Of a stretch of DNA of 64,000 bases, positions 29,155-39,081 are shown piece by piece. The stretch is taken from positions 96,001-160,000 of the forward strand of contig JACQID010000006.1 of NCBI GenBank assembly GCA_016198685.1. The letters run 5' to 3'. The position numbers and the translations under genes were made by a program. Within the stretch, counting starts at the first letter, position 1. Each line of letters opens with the position of its first letter. The notes under the pieces are model-generated. The model ran no database searches, was not told the DNA's origin, and saw nothing but the letters and a program-made list of their open reading frames with translations. The stretch comes from Candidatus Aenigmatarchaeota archaeon. Its GTDB lineage: Archaea > Aenigmatarchaeota > Aenigmatarchaeia > GW2011-AR5.

Positions 29155-29972
29155 CTTTTACCACCCTTATCAGTCATAGGCGGTGGTATTATCGTTCCTT
29201 GCAGTGCCGTCTTTTCAGCCTTCAGGTATGATTCCATATCCCCTATGTCTATCCAGAACGGAAGCTTGGTAACGAAAGCCGCAAGCTTCTTAGTTTTTAC
29301 CAAAGCCGGAAATACTGATCTTTCCACTTTCTCCTTGCCGCGTGGCAGAATATCATAAACATCGGAGAGTTCCAAGACATAATAACCCGCATTTGCAAGT
29401 TTCGATGCGGAGGATGTGGGTTTTTCAACAAAGCTTTTCACAAGGTCGCATCCGGCCGCCTTTTCGATCTCAGCAATGCCGAATCTTGATATGTCTTCTT
29501 TAGGAACATCGAAAAGCGCAACAGTAGCCGATATCCCTAACTTCTTCCTGCAAGCATCGTGATATTTCAGCATGCCTGCAATGTCGATGTCTGTTATATT
29601 ATCTCCATATGCAACAATTATCTTCTGGCCTTGCAAATGGGTTTTTTCTATTATATGTTTAAGATCGCCGCCTGTCTCTCTTTGCGGGGTCTTGATAGTT
29701 TTTATTAATCCCGCAAATTCCTTTATGTGCTTCACATAATTTTCTATGCTTTTTGCATGGCTCTCGGCCACGTTTTTTTCATCGATGTCCTCTTCCTCGG
29801 ATCCATCCGCTATGCCAAGCAAGATTTCATCGATACCAGGGCATTTTGAGATGTTAGTCACGACCCAGTTCAGCACAGGAACCCCGTGCACAGGTATAAG
29901 AGGCTTGGGTATGCCGTAAGTGAGAGGTCTTAGTCTCGTGCCTTTTCCTGCGGCGAGTATGATTGCCTTCAT
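29151..29972 (-). CDS. Sugar-phosphate nucleotidyltransferase (mannose-1-P guanylyltransferase-like)
   Basis: MKAIILAAGKGTRLRPLTYGIPKP, YGDNITD, FVEKP, WIDIG; start reassigned to ATG 29972. Confidence 0.85.
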   Translation of the reverse strand: MKAIILAAGKGTRLRPLTYGIPKPLIPVHGVPVLNWVVTNISKCPGIDEILLGIADGSEEEDIDEKNVAESHAKSIENYVKHIKEFAGLIKTIKTPQRETGGDLKHIIEKTHLQGQKIIVAYGDNITDIDIAGMLKYHDACRKKLGISATVALFDVPKEDISRFGIAEIEKAAGCDLVKSFVEKPTSSASKLANAGYYVLELSDVYDILPRGKEKVERSVFPALVKTKKLAAFVTKLPFWIDIGDMESYLKAEKTALQGTIIPPPMTDKGGKS

Positions 29973-29976
29973 GGAA

Positions 29977-31245
29977 TCACCAGCAGATGCCCTCGAAGTC
30001 TTTGACTTTGGATGCATCCAGCACTTTCTTCGCTTCTATGATAATTCTGCCCTTCATGGCTGCAAAATCGCGGTCTGTCAAGGAAGAGAATTCCTTCCAT
30101 TTGGCAAGTATTAGGCATGCTTCAGCGTCCTTCAGGGCGCTGGCGATGCTGCAGTATGTGACTTCCGGATGGATACGTTTCATGTTGTCTGCGGCTTTCG
30201 GATCATATGCATAAACAGAAGCGCCCTCTTTTTTCAGCATCTCTATGATGGCTATTGCCGGAGATTCACGGATATCGTCTGTGTCTTCCTTAAACGCAAG
30301 ACCAAGAATCGCGATTTTTTTGCCTTTTATAGGAGTTTTCTTCTTCAAAAGCTCCACCAGAACCTTTCTCTGCATTGCGTTGGTTTTCAGTATCTGTTTC
30401 ATCATGCCGGTTTCGCATCCTATCTCTTCGGCTCTGTGTTGCAATGCCGAAACATCTTTCGGGAAGCAGGAACCTCCAAATCCTGCGCCAGCTTCTAGGA
30501 AATGAGGTCCTATGCGCTTGTCCTTGCCAATGGCGTTTGCCACGTCATAGGCATCTATCCCCAGCTTCTTGCATATATTGCCGATTTCGTTTATCATGGA
30601 TATTCTTGATGCAAGAAAAACATTTGATGCGTATTTTATCATTTCCGCTGCAGATAATTTCGTTCTTATGACCGGTGCGCCAAAGCTCTCGTAAAGCTTT
30701 GAGAGAGCATCTCCGGATTTCTTGTCCAATTCGCCTATAACTATCCTATCCGGATGGAGGAAATCTTCAAGCGCCTTGCCCTCCCTAAGAAATTCAGGAT
30801 TCATGCAAAGACCGAAATTTTTTGAATGCTTCTGAAGTATTGGAAGAACAATGGTTTCCGTTGTGCCCGGAACAACAGTCGATTTCACAACAACAATGTG
30901 GTCTTGCTTGGCTTTCATCGCAATGCCCACTTCTGCGCTTGCATCCTTAATGTAATCAAGGTTTATCTTGCCTGAATCATCTGACGGCGTGCCTACGCAG
31001 ATGAATGTTATATCACTGTTTTCAACTGCGTAGGAAGTGTCGGAAGTCGCTTCAAGGAGTCTTTTCGAAAGAGCTTCAGAAAGCGCCTCCTCTATTCCCT
31101 CCTCATAAAAATAAGATTTCCCCTTGCTTACAGCATCAAGTTTGGACTGATCCCTGTCCACGCATATTACCCGATGGCCCTTGCTGGCAAAGCCCGCCGC
31201 CGTCGAGAGACCGACATAGCCTGTACCAATAATGGATATATTCAT
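29977..31245 (-). CDS. ugd: UDP-glucose 6-dehydrogenase
   Basis: IGTGYVG, ICVGTP, NPEFLREG, GFGGSCFPKD. Confidence 0.9.
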   Translation of the reverse strand: MNISIIGTGYVGLSTAAGFASKGHRVICVDRDQSKLDAVSKGKSYFYEEGIEEALSEALSKRLLEATSDTSYAVENSDITFICVGTPSDDSGKINLDYIKDASAEVGIAMKAKQDHIVVVKSTVVPGTTETIVLPILQKHSKNFGLCMNPEFLREGKALEDFLHPDRIVIGELDKKSGDALSKLYESFGAPVIRTKLSAAEMIKYASNVFLASRISMINEIGNICKKLGIDAYDVANAIGKDKRIGPHFLEAGAGFGGSCFPKDVSALQHRAEEIGCETGMMKQILKTNAMQRKVLVELLKKKTPIKGKKIAILGLAFKEDTDDIRESPAIAIIEMLKKEGASVYAYDPKAADNMKRIHPEVTYCSIASALKDAEACLILAKWKEFSSLTDRDFAAMKGRIIIEAKKVLDASKVKDFEGICW

Positions 31246-31291
31246 GAATATCCTTTTTGCGAAAAGGTTTTTATAGCATCAGAGAGTGGCC

Positions 31292-31774
31292 TTACTGATT
31301 GCAATAGATGGATTTTATTTTATCTATCATGCTGGTTGTTGATTTGCCCGGAACTGCGGGAATTAGAACTACGTTGCCGCCGTTTTTCTCAACCGCATCC
31401 TGTTCAAGAAGAGGAAGCTTATAATCGCCGCCCTTAGCGTGTATAGCAGGCTTGATCTTTGCAAGCCAAGTCCTTGGATCTTTTTCCGCAAATGGAAAGA
31501 CGTAATCAACGAATTCCAGCGCAGACAAAAGCTCCATGCGGTCTTCGAGGGCCACTATAGGCCTTTTATCGCTTTTGTATGCCTTTACAGATTCATCGGT
31601 ATTAACGCCGACTATAAGAATATCGCCTAGTTTTTTGGCTTCCTTAAGGTATCGCACATGGCCCGCATGTAGAATATCAAATGCCCCGTTTGTTGTTATT
31701 ATTTTTTTCCCTTGGGCTTTCAGATTTGCCGCCATCCCGGCAATTTCGTCCACAGTGCCTATTTTGCCGTTCAT
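31292..31774 (-). CDS. Heptose-1-phosphate adenylyltransferase-like (RfaE/HldE domain II, HldC)
   Basis: TNGAFDILHAGHVRYL, VGVNTDES, KGGDY, STTSMI. Confidence 0.88.
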   Translation of the reverse strand: MNGKIGTVDEIAGMAANLKAQGKKIITTNGAFDILHAGHVRYLKEAKKLGDILIVGVNTDESVKAYKSDKRPIVALEDRMELLSALEFVDYVFPFAEKDPRTWLAKIKPAIHAKGGDYKLPLLEQDAVEKNGGNVVLIPAVPGKSTTSMIDKIKSIYCNQ

Positions 31775-33279
31775 GCGGTAGCCATCCCGTAAAGTTCCTT
31801 TTCCATCATTTCACAGGCTATATGAATTATCGCGGTATGGGATTCCTGTATTCTTGGGGTGCTGTCTGAAGGCACGCGTATCTCCACATCGCAAAGTCCT
31901 GCCGCCTTGCCGCCGGTCCTTCCAGTCAGGCATGCCGTTCTTGTACCCATATATTTTGCCTTTGCAAGGCCTTTCAGTACATTCTCGGAATTGCCGCTTG
32001 TAGTTATTCCTACGACAAGATCTCCTTTTGACGCAAGGGCTTCGACCTGCCTTTCAAAAACGCTTGAATAGCCAAAATCGTTGCTTATTGCAGTGAGTAT
32101 TGTCGTGTCGGCATTGAGCGCGAGTGCAGGCAATCCTGCCCTTTCCCGGCCGAAGCGGCCGACAAGCTCGCCGACAAAATGCTGCGCATCGGAAGCCGAA
32201 CCCCCATTGCCGAAAACAAGTATCTTCTTTCCGTTCCTGTAAGTTTCTACCATCAATTCTGTGAGCTTTTCTATTGCAGGAATCTCATTTTCCATAACCG
32301 CTTTCATTACATCCATGCTTTCCTGGAGATACCGGGAAGCTCCTGTTTTGCCGTTATTCTTGATTTCGTCGGGAGTAACGGTTGACGTACCCATCTTGCC
32401 TACGACTATTCCGGCTGCCTGATTTGCAATGACCGCAGCGTCCTTTATTTCCATGCCTGCAGCGATGCATAGCGCAAGTGTTGCAACTACTGTGTCGCCA
32501 GCTCCCGAAACATCAAAGACTTCCTTAGCTTGAGTCGGTATAGTCATCTTCCTGCCGGTTTTCTCATAAAGGAACATGCCCTTCTCGCCTCGGGTTATAA
32601 GCACATTTGTGGAAAGCATATTGCATAGAGACTGCGCACATTTCTCGACATCTTCTTCCCCTGTCATTTCCTTCGCCTCCTTCTCGTTCGGAGTCACGAG
32701 AAAAACGCCGTTAAAGAGGCGTACGTTCTTGGGCTTAGGGTCTACTATGATATTTTTCCCGTTCCTTGCGCAGGAGTCATAAAGGAACTGCAATACGTTC
32801 TCGGTTATCACGCCTTTTCCGTAATCAGAAACTACGATTATGTCCACGAACGGGACTGCCCTTTCTATATTTTTTATCAATGCGCTTTCCACTGACGTGC
32901 CGACTTTGTCGGTTTTCTCGTAATCAAGCCTGAGCATTTGATGCATCTGTCCGAGAACACGCGTCTTTTCTATCGTTGGCCTTCCGCTGTCGCGCAAAAT
33001 GCCGGATGTATCTATGCCGGATTTTTCCATCTCTCGCAAAAGCACAGAACCGGAAGAATCAGAACCTACAACGCCTATAACATGCGCGAGCCCTCCGAGA
33101 GACAGTATGTTATTTGCAGTATTTGCAGCGCCGCCCGGAACGAAAGATTCCCTTTCGACACGCACGACAGGTACTGGGGCTTCAGGCGATATTCTCGTAA
33201 CATCGCCGTGCAGGTATCTGTCAAGCATCACATCCCCTAATACAAGCACTTTCCTGCCGGCAAGTAGCGAAACGTCCAT
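31771..33279 (-). CDS. Fusion of heptose-7-phosphate kinase (RfaE domain I, PfkB fold) and phosphoheptose isomerase (GmhA, SIS)
   Basis: N-terminal GDVMLDRY..RISPEAPVPV and DVSGAGDT; C-terminal GNGGSASDAQH, TTSGNS, RIQESH. Confidence 0.9.
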   Translation of the reverse strand: MDVSLLAGRKVLVLGDVMLDRYLHGDVTRISPEAPVPVVRVERESFVPGGAANTANNILSLGGLAHVIGVVGSDSSGSVLLREMEKSGIDTSGILRDSGRPTIEKTRVLGQMHQMLRLDYEKTDKVGTSVESALIKNIERAVPFVDIIVVSDYGKGVITENVLQFLYDSCARNGKNIIVDPKPKNVRLFNGVFLVTPNEKEAKEMTGEEDVEKCAQSLCNMLSTNVLITRGEKGMFLYEKTGRKMTIPTQAKEVFDVSGAGDTVVATLALCIAAGMEIKDAAVIANQAAGIVVGKMGTSTVTPDEIKNNGKTGASRYLQESMDVMKAVMENEIPAIEKLTELMVETYRNGKKILVFGNGGSASDAQHFVGELVGRFGRERAGLPALALNADTTILTAISNDFGYSSVFERQVEALASKGDLVVGITTSGNSENVLKGLAKAKYMGTRTACLTGRTGGKAAGLCDVEIRVPSDSTPRIQESHTAIIHIACEMMEKELYGMATA

Positions 33280-33378
33280 GAAATCAGATTATAACTATAG
33301 GGAAAAGACTTAAATATTCCTCATACCTTTTCATACCATCTGGGTTATATTATCTTGCACTGTGCGTATAATAGTTTC

Positions 33379-33915
33379 ATGCTAATCTTCGATGCTGCCG
33401 CAGGGGCTATAAACAAACATTTCAATTTCCGCAAGGTACGGATAACGTCTGGATCCGAGAATCTTGCGCGTATAGACGGCGACGAACTCATGCTCACGCT
33501 AAACGTCAAGGATCCTTTCGTTTCAGAACCTTCCTATGCCGCGCTTATTGCCGTCAGAGAAACATATCTTGCAATGTACGGGCGCGACGGTCTGCCGGCA
33601 GACTTGCTTGCGAACAGGAGCGTTATAAGGGACGGTATGGGGAAAGAGCTGGCAGGCTACTATTTCTTTCTTCTCATGGAAAGGAAAAACAAGAATGCCT
33701 CGACATTGCGGGAATTTGTGGAACTAAACGTGCCGCATCTGAGTTTTGCCGGTCTCGATGAAGGTCAAGCTGATATCTTCCGGGATATAGTAGAGTCATT
33801 TACCGTCCCTCCGGAAGCGAAGAAAAAAACGGAAAGGCTTTTCCTTTTATGCAGGGATGCATACAGGAATTACGAGGAATTGAGAAAAGAAGCCGAGGAA
33901 ATATGCAAGTCATAA
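33379..33915 (+). CDS. Hypothetical protein
   Basis: Open frame of about 178 aa overlapping the next gene; no recognised motif. Confidence 0.55.
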   Translation: MLIFDAAAGAINKHFNFRKVRITSGSENLARIDGDELMLTLNVKDPFVSEPSYAALIAVRETYLAMYGRDGLPADLLANRSVIRDGMGKELAGYYFFLLMERKNKNASTLREFVELNVPHLSFAGLDEGQADIFRDIVESFTVPPEAKKKTERLFLLCRDAYRNYEELRKEAEEICKS

Positions 33916-34691
33916 GATATGCGTGGAAAGACTGGAAACCCGTATTCGTCACATCAGCAGGCGGCACTATGCGGTTATTTGAAGAGGAACTGCGTTTCGT
34001 TGCAGGCCGGAAAAGATGTACCGGGTATTCAAGAAACGGAAAGCGTATTGAATGCCCTGAAAGTGCCGAGGCAGGCGAATCAAAATGTGGCAATTGTATG
34101 CTGCGGGATAATTTCTTTATGTGCATCAAATGCACAGGCAATGAGTGCCTTAATCCTGCTAGGAGAGAGGAATGCAGAAAAGAAAAGTATTTCATTTATC
34201 TTTCGGCATTTGACTCGCTGCTAAAAGTCGGAATATCCCAAAGCTACCGGCTTAGGGAAAGGCTGGTGGAGCAGGGCGCGGATTTTGCAGCCAAAATCGC
34301 AGAAGTTCAGGACGGCAAAACTGTTCGTTTAGTGGAGCAAGGCATAGCATCGGCTTTGGGCATAACGGACAGGGTAGGCGGCGCCGAGAAACAGAAGAGA
34401 ATATTTGGAGATCCGAATGCCTCGGTAAAGCAGCTTTTGTCCGCCATCTCCCAGCTTCAGAACAGCGGATTCAATGAATATCTCATAAATCCGGAGATCT
34501 ACGACTTGCGGGAGTATTACAGGCTCGGGAATGTTCTTTCGTCCCCGACTCCTATAGCTGTCAAAGAAGGAACCGAGATATCGGGAAAAGTCACCGCTGC
34601 CAAAGGCAATATACTGATACTTGAAAACGAAGGCGCATTTCTGTCGCTTAACGCTCACGACATTATAGGAAGAACGATGGAAGGAATTTAA
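33903..34691 (+). CDS. DUF2797-like Cys-rich protein
   Basis: Multiple CxxC, YLSAFDSLLKVGIS, RLVEQGA. Confidence 0.75.
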   Translation: MQVIRYAWKDWKPVFVTSAGGTMRLFEEELRFVAGRKRCTGYSRNGKRIECPESAEAGESKCGNCMLRDNFFMCIKCTGNECLNPARREECRKEKYFIYLSAFDSLLKVGISQSYRLRERLVEQGADFAAKIAEVQDGKTVRLVEQGIASALGITDRVGGAEKQKRIFGDPNASVKQLLSAISQLQNSGFNEYLINPEIYDLREYYRLGNVLSSPTPIAVKEGTEISGKVTAAKGNILILENEGAFLSLNAHDIIGRTMEGI

Positions 34692-34706
34692 GTATTATCG
34701 GGATAG

Positions 34707-35348
34707 TTGTCAGTCATGAAAGGCATCGAATTTATCGCCGGAATAGGTGGCGGGTCAAACATATACGTCATAGACGGAGAATTGCTCATAGATACCGGCA
34801 CAGGTGAATATTTTCAGGAAACAAAAGTGCTGATAGAAAAGACCCAAAATGTTTCTAAACTCAAGACAATAATCAATACCCATTGTCACTATGACCATTC
34901 AGGAGGAGACAAAAAATTCAGGGACTGGCTCGGAGCGACGGTATGCGCGCATGAAAAAGACAGAAAGGCGCTGGAAACAGGCAACGGGACACATGCCAAG
35001 TTGTTTGGTGCCGTGTCTCGTATAGTCACCGTCGACAAAAAATTGCGCGATGGAGCTAAAATAAAAACGGAAAACTTTTCTTTTGAAGTCGTTCACACCC
35101 CTGGCCATACGCCCGGATCAATATGCCTTTACGAAAGCGAAAAAAAGATACTTATTTCGGGCGATACGCTCTTCGAGAACGGGGTAGGCAGGAGCGATTT
35201 TGAAGGAGGCGATCGTGCAGAGCTTCGTACATCCATAGAAAAACTATTCACGCTTCCTATAACTCATCTTCTCCCTGGACACGGCCTTCCGAGAAGCAAT
35301 GGAATTAATTTCTATATAAAGCAGCTTCTCGTGCAAAATATGGTTTAA
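34707..35348 (+). CDS. MBL-fold metallo-hydrolase (glyoxalase II-like)
   Basis: THCHYDH, HTPGHTPGS, ISGDTLF, PGHG. Confidence 0.9.
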   Translation: MSVMKGIEFIAGIGGGSNIYVIDGELLIDTGTGEYFQETKVLIEKTQNVSKLKTIINTHCHYDHSGGDKKFRDWLGATVCAHEKDRKALETGNGTHAKLFGAVSRIVTVDKKLRDGAKIKTENFSFEVVHTPGHTPGSICLYESEKKILISGDTLFENGVGRSDFEGGDRAELRTSIEKLFTLPITHLLPGHGLPRSNGINFYIKQLLVQNMV

Positions 35349-35444
35349 TTCCATTTTTACTTCAATATATCGACGTTAAACTGTCTCATAATCGGAATAC
35401 GTCATATCAGGTAGAGTTTTATTCTTTCGGTTGCACATAGTATT

Positions 35445-35768
35445 ATGGCGAGAAAAAACAGAGACTTCAGGTATTATTGGGAGAAAGACCGAGGAGAAGA
35501 AGCATCTAGCGACTCAATGCAGCCCGTGCCAGTGATGATAACAGAGACCGAAGAAGAAGTCATATTGGAAGCAGGATTGTCCAATCTTGACGCGGCGTTC
35601 AGGAACTCGCGAAAGAAAGCAGGTGGAACAGAAGATTATACAGATGCCGTGAAAAACTTCTTTACTCGTGCACGCAGCTTCACGGCAAGCGCAGTATACA
35701 GCGACGGCGTTCTGACCGTGAGCATAAAAAAACCGGCAGGGAAGAGGCGCAATTCAAGCGCTAAATAG
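35445..35768 (+). CDS. Small Hsp20/alpha-crystallin-like protein (divergent)
   Basis: ITETEEEVILEA and AVYSDGVLTVSIKK resemble the first and last strands of the alpha-crystallin domain. Confidence 0.5.
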   Translation: MARKNRDFRYYWEKDRGEEASSDSMQPVPVMITETEEEVILEAGLSNLDAAFRNSRKKAGGTEDYTDAVKNFFTRARSFTASAVYSDGVLTVSIKKPAGKRRNSSAK

Positions 35769-36755
35769 TAGCATGCCCTTTTCCTCGCGGCAAGCTATCT
35801 TTTTGCCGGTGAATTTTTCTATGACATAAATGTTAGACTGGCAATGCGGCGTCACTGAAGGTACGGACACGTTCCCTCCCGCTATTGCAATGTAAGGAAG
35901 TATCTGGTCGGCCATGTGCTTGTCCATGCCTGCCGGATTTTCATGCGCCCGGATGAATTCCTCGCATGCTTCTTTCGCAAGGTTTTCGGCATTTCTTTTT
36001 CTTTCTGCAACTGCGCAGGTGCCTATGAAGGAATTTTCGTATTCCGCATATATGTCAATGCCTCCGCCCGGACTCGATGAATCGCAGTATTCTGCTTTTA
36101 TCGTGGGAGTGTAAGCTTCCAGAATTTCTTCTGCATGTTGCTTCATTCTTTCTGCAACTTTTGCGTTAGCAAGGCTCGTGCTTGCAAGAGCAGTACCATA
36201 CGCCTGCAAAAGTCTGCCTCTTTCTATAATATTGATTTTTTTTAACGAGCATGGCTCCAAGGTGCCTTCTACTAATCCGCCTCCCTGAGGGTAGAATCCG
36301 TGTTTTATGATGGTTATATTGCCTGCATACCCAAACTTTTTTAGAATAGGAATTGTAACATTCTGGATATATCCTACTGATGGCGCCCACTTGTTGACCG
36401 TGCCGCCTTTTATTTTCAGCAATGTTTTGCATTTCATAGCCGGTATCATGATTGCCTGAAGCACAAGAGCAATGGAGCCGGCACTGCCTACATCAATATC
36501 AATACTTGTTGATTTGAGTTCGCCGGGCGTGAAGAGAAGGGATGCCGATCCGGGATAATTACCTTTGACTTTTGCATTGCACAGTTTGGCTACGGCATCG
36601 ACCGCCGCAACATGCTGCCTTTGCAATCCTGGATTTTTCCGGCCTGCCCTAATTCTTTCTATCTGGCAAGACTTGCCTGTGAAGGCAGAGAATGCGACCG
36701 ACAGACGCACTATGGCGCCTCCTCCCTCGCCATGAGAGCCATCTATCTCTAACAT
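35754..36755 (-). CDS. rtcA: RNA 3'-terminal phosphate cyclase
   Basis: IDGSHGEGGG, RAGRKNPGLQRQH, GFYPQGGG, DKHMADQ. Confidence 0.92.
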   Translation of the reverse strand: MLEIDGSHGEGGGAIVRLSVAFSAFTGKSCQIERIRAGRKNPGLQRQHVAAVDAVAKLCNAKVKGNYPGSASLLFTPGELKSTSIDIDVGSAGSIALVLQAIMIPAMKCKTLLKIKGGTVNKWAPSVGYIQNVTIPILKKFGYAGNITIIKHGFYPQGGGLVEGTLEPCSLKKINIIERGRLLQAYGTALASTSLANAKVAERMKQHAEEILEAYTPTIKAEYCDSSSPGGGIDIYAEYENSFIGTCAVAERKRNAENLAKEACEEFIRAHENPAGMDKHMADQILPYIAIAGGNVSVPSVTPHCQSNIYVIEKFTGKKIACREEKGMLLFSA

Positions 36756-36854
36756 AAGAAAGAATTTGGCGGCAAGCTTTATAGCTGTACAACGAGACAG
36801 GCGTGCTTCAAGGGTCCATGCGTATTGTGGGGCTATGGGTTAAATATACGACAA

Positions 36855-38096
36855 TCAAAGCTCAAGCGTTTCGCCGTTTGCCGGCGCAAATGCTTCCCTG
36901 CCGGTCTTTCTTATTTCCTTGGCAAACTGCTCGCAGGAATCGCCATGAACGCATACGACCTGCGACGGGTTTGTTTCTTCTATTATGCGCATGAGGCCCT
37001 CACGGCTGGCGTGAGCAGAAAGCTCGTATTGCTCGACGCGGCAATTAATGTCAAACTTTTCGCCTTCATTGTTGTATACCTTATTGTTAAGAACGCCCCA
37101 GCCCGGAGAGTCCTCCACTAGGTAGCCGGTGAACATAATGCGCGCTTCCTTGTCGTCGGCAATACGGCGAAGGTAAGATATTATCGGTCCTCCGGAAAGC
37201 ATGCCTGCAGATGAAAGTATTATGGGGCGGTTCTTCATTGCAGCTGCCCTGCCTTTTTCGCTTCGAACCCACATGATCTTATCCAATACGCCTTGCAGCT
37301 TTTTTGCGTCTTTTATCCTATGTCCATGAGAAGACACAATTCCTGTGGCTTTCTTGGCCATGCCATCCAGAGCTATGTATTTCGCGTATTTTTCAAGAAG
37401 CAGTAGGACTTCCTGTGCCCTGCCTACAGCAAACGCAGGAATAAGGGCGGTCTCGCCTTCAGCTATGACCTCTTCAACGCTTTCAATGAGTTTTTCTTCT
37501 TCTTTTTCTCTCGGAACGCGGTTGCGGCCTGCATAGGTGCTTTCGGTGACAAGAACGTCCACGCCTTTCGGAAGCCTTGCGCCGCGTAAAAGACTGGTGG
37601 GCTCATTATGAATATCCCCCGTATAGAGCAGGTTCTTGTCTCCTTTGACGAGCACTGAAGCTGAGCCGGGTATATGGCCGGCATCAAAAAGACTGCAATT
37701 CAAATTCCCTGCTTTGAAGGGCTGCCCGTAGTTGATAGTGTTAGTTTGTTTTACTGCCTTCGCCAATTCCACTTCAGAGAATGGCATCTTGTAGCCTTCC
37801 TTTTTGGCTATCTTGATGGAATCCTCTATGAGCAATTGGGTAAGATTAAGCGTCACATCTGTCATATAAGCCGGAAGTTTCCATTTGCTGTATAAACGGG
37901 GCAGCGCGCCGGAATGATCAAGATGAGCATGGCTAATAACAACAGCATCCGGTTTCTCAGGCGGTAGCGGCGCGTATTCCGGAGGCTCCGGACGTATCTT
38001 CACGCCGTAGTCCATGAGTATGCGCGAATTTCGTGATTCCATAAGCACGGCGCTTTTCCCAACCTCGCGGCCTGCGCCGAGAACTGTAAGTTTCAT
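36855..38096 (-). CDS. beta-CASP metallo-beta-lactamase RNase (aCPSF2-like)
   Basis: GAGREVGKS, SHAHLDHSG, DAGHIPGS, ESTY, AFAVGRAQE, SAHA, VHGD. Confidence 0.88.
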   Translation of the reverse strand: MKLTVLGAGREVGKSAVLMESRNSRILMDYGVKIRPEPPEYAPLPPEKPDAVVISHAHLDHSGALPRLYSKWKLPAYMTDVTLNLTQLLIEDSIKIAKKEGYKMPFSEVELAKAVKQTNTINYGQPFKAGNLNCSLFDAGHIPGSASVLVKGDKNLLYTGDIHNEPTSLLRGARLPKGVDVLVTESTYAGRNRVPREKEEEKLIESVEEVIAEGETALIPAFAVGRAQEVLLLLEKYAKYIALDGMAKKATGIVSSHGHRIKDAKKLQGVLDKIMWVRSEKGRAAAMKNRPIILSSAGMLSGGPIISYLRRIADDKEARIMFTGYLVEDSPGWGVLNNKVYNNEGEKFDINCRVEQYELSAHASREGLMRIIEETNPSQVVCVHGDSCEQFAKEIRKTGREAFAPANGETLEL

Positions 38097-38163
38097 CTAG
38101 TTTCACTCTGTATTACGATATCTATTTCAGCGGAGGATATAAAAAGGAAAACAAAGCCAATAA

Positions 38164-38432
38164 TCAAACCATATTCTTTTCTATGAAATCCTGTATCTTA
38201 TCTGCCATTCGTGGATTGAGCGAAATATGTAACCCATAGTCAGGGGCTTGGGCAGGAGAAACCCTTCTTTTATTGGTTCTTTTCCCGCATCTTTCATCTG
38301 TCCTTTGAGATGCTGCGGGACGCCTTTTTGTAGGTTCTCAAAATCCGTATGCTTGCCGCCCCAATACGTATGTCTCGAAAGTTTGTCAAGAATCAGCGCC
38401 TTTAATTTATTTTTATTTATCAGAGGAGGCAT
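38164..38432 (-). pseudogene. Small conserved-looking archaeal protein (YWGGKHT motif) with an apparent 1-nt frameshift
   Basis: After KEGFLLPKP the protein-like continuation DYGLHISLNPRMADKIQDFIEKNMV* lies in another frame; span 269 nt = 3n-1. Confidence 0.5.
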
Positions 38433-38487
38433 GCAAATTTCACTCCTCTGGAAATACTTCGGGACCAAAGTCCGAAAATATTTATAT

Positions 38488-38505
38488 TATTCATAATTAT
38501 GAATA
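38488..38505. promoter_or_regulatory. Perfect 18-bp palindrome TATTCATAATTATGAATA in a divergent promoter
   Basis: Direct inspection; further TATTCA half-sites at 38504 and 38518. Confidence 0.55.
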
Positions 38506-38546
38506 TTCAAACTTATCTATTCAAAGTTTGATTCTTTAGTTATATA

Positions 38547-38882
38547 ATGTCAAAAGAAATGGAACCATCGCTCTTTGTGAGATTTTTCGGGAACGCTCCT
38601 ATAGTGAAGATAATGGATTTCCTGATAGAGAACAGGCTTTTTGATTATTCAAAAACGGAAATAGCGCGGAACGCCGGCGTTGGCTGGAGCACCTTGCATG
38701 GGATATGGGGAGAACTGGAAAGGAACGGCATAGTCATAAAAACGAGAACCATAGGAAGGGCCGAGATGCACAGGCTCAACACGGACAACCTGCTCGTGAA
38801 AAATTTCATAGAGCTTGACAGGAATTTTTCAAAGTCATACGCTGCCAGAATGGACGCAGGAAAGGATAGAATAGAGGCGTAA
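38547..38882 (+). CDS. Winged-helix DNA-binding protein
   Basis: VKIMDFLIEN..DYSKTEIARNAGVGWSTL..LERNGIV..TRTIGRAEMHRLN. Confidence 0.8.
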   Translation: MSKEMEPSLFVRFFGNAPIVKIMDFLIENRLFDYSKTEIARNAGVGWSTLHGIWGELERNGIVIKTRTIGRAEMHRLNTDNLLVKNFIELDRNFSKSYAARMDAGKDRIEA

Positions 38883-38885
38883 TGC

Positions 38886-39035
38886 ATGGCGCTGAGAAAT
38901 TCCTTTGGCTTCCTTTCCGGAGAAGATATAGAAGAACTGCAACAGCGCATGAGAAATATCCGGAAACAACTATCGAAAGACGTGGAAAGGCATCTAATAC
39001 ACTGTATGCGGCAATCAACGAAGATAAAGCCTTAA
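38886..39035 (+). CDS. 49-aa helical peptide, possible antitoxin-like remnant
   Basis: Manual translation MALRNSFGFLSGEDIEELQQRMRNIRKQLSKDVERHL...; below the ORF track cutoff. Confidence 0.3.
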   Translation: MALRNSFGFLSGEDIEELQQRMRNIRKQLSKDVERHLIHCMRQSTKIKP

Positions 39036-39081
39036 TAAGGTGGGAAATTTCCTTTTTAAGTTTTCATTAGCAATCATTTTA

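Larger units (their letters stand above)
1..33279. other. Surface glycan (S-layer/N-glycan or EPS) biosynthesis locus; continues beyond the left edge
   Basis: About 34 contiguous genes, nearly all nucleotide-sugar enzymes, glycosyltransferases, tailoring enzymes or their regulators. Confidence 0.9.

Noticed and set aside
38882-39070. 62-aa ORF MHGAEKFL...
   Set aside because: Composition is not protein-like, and the alternative frame from 38886 looks more plausible
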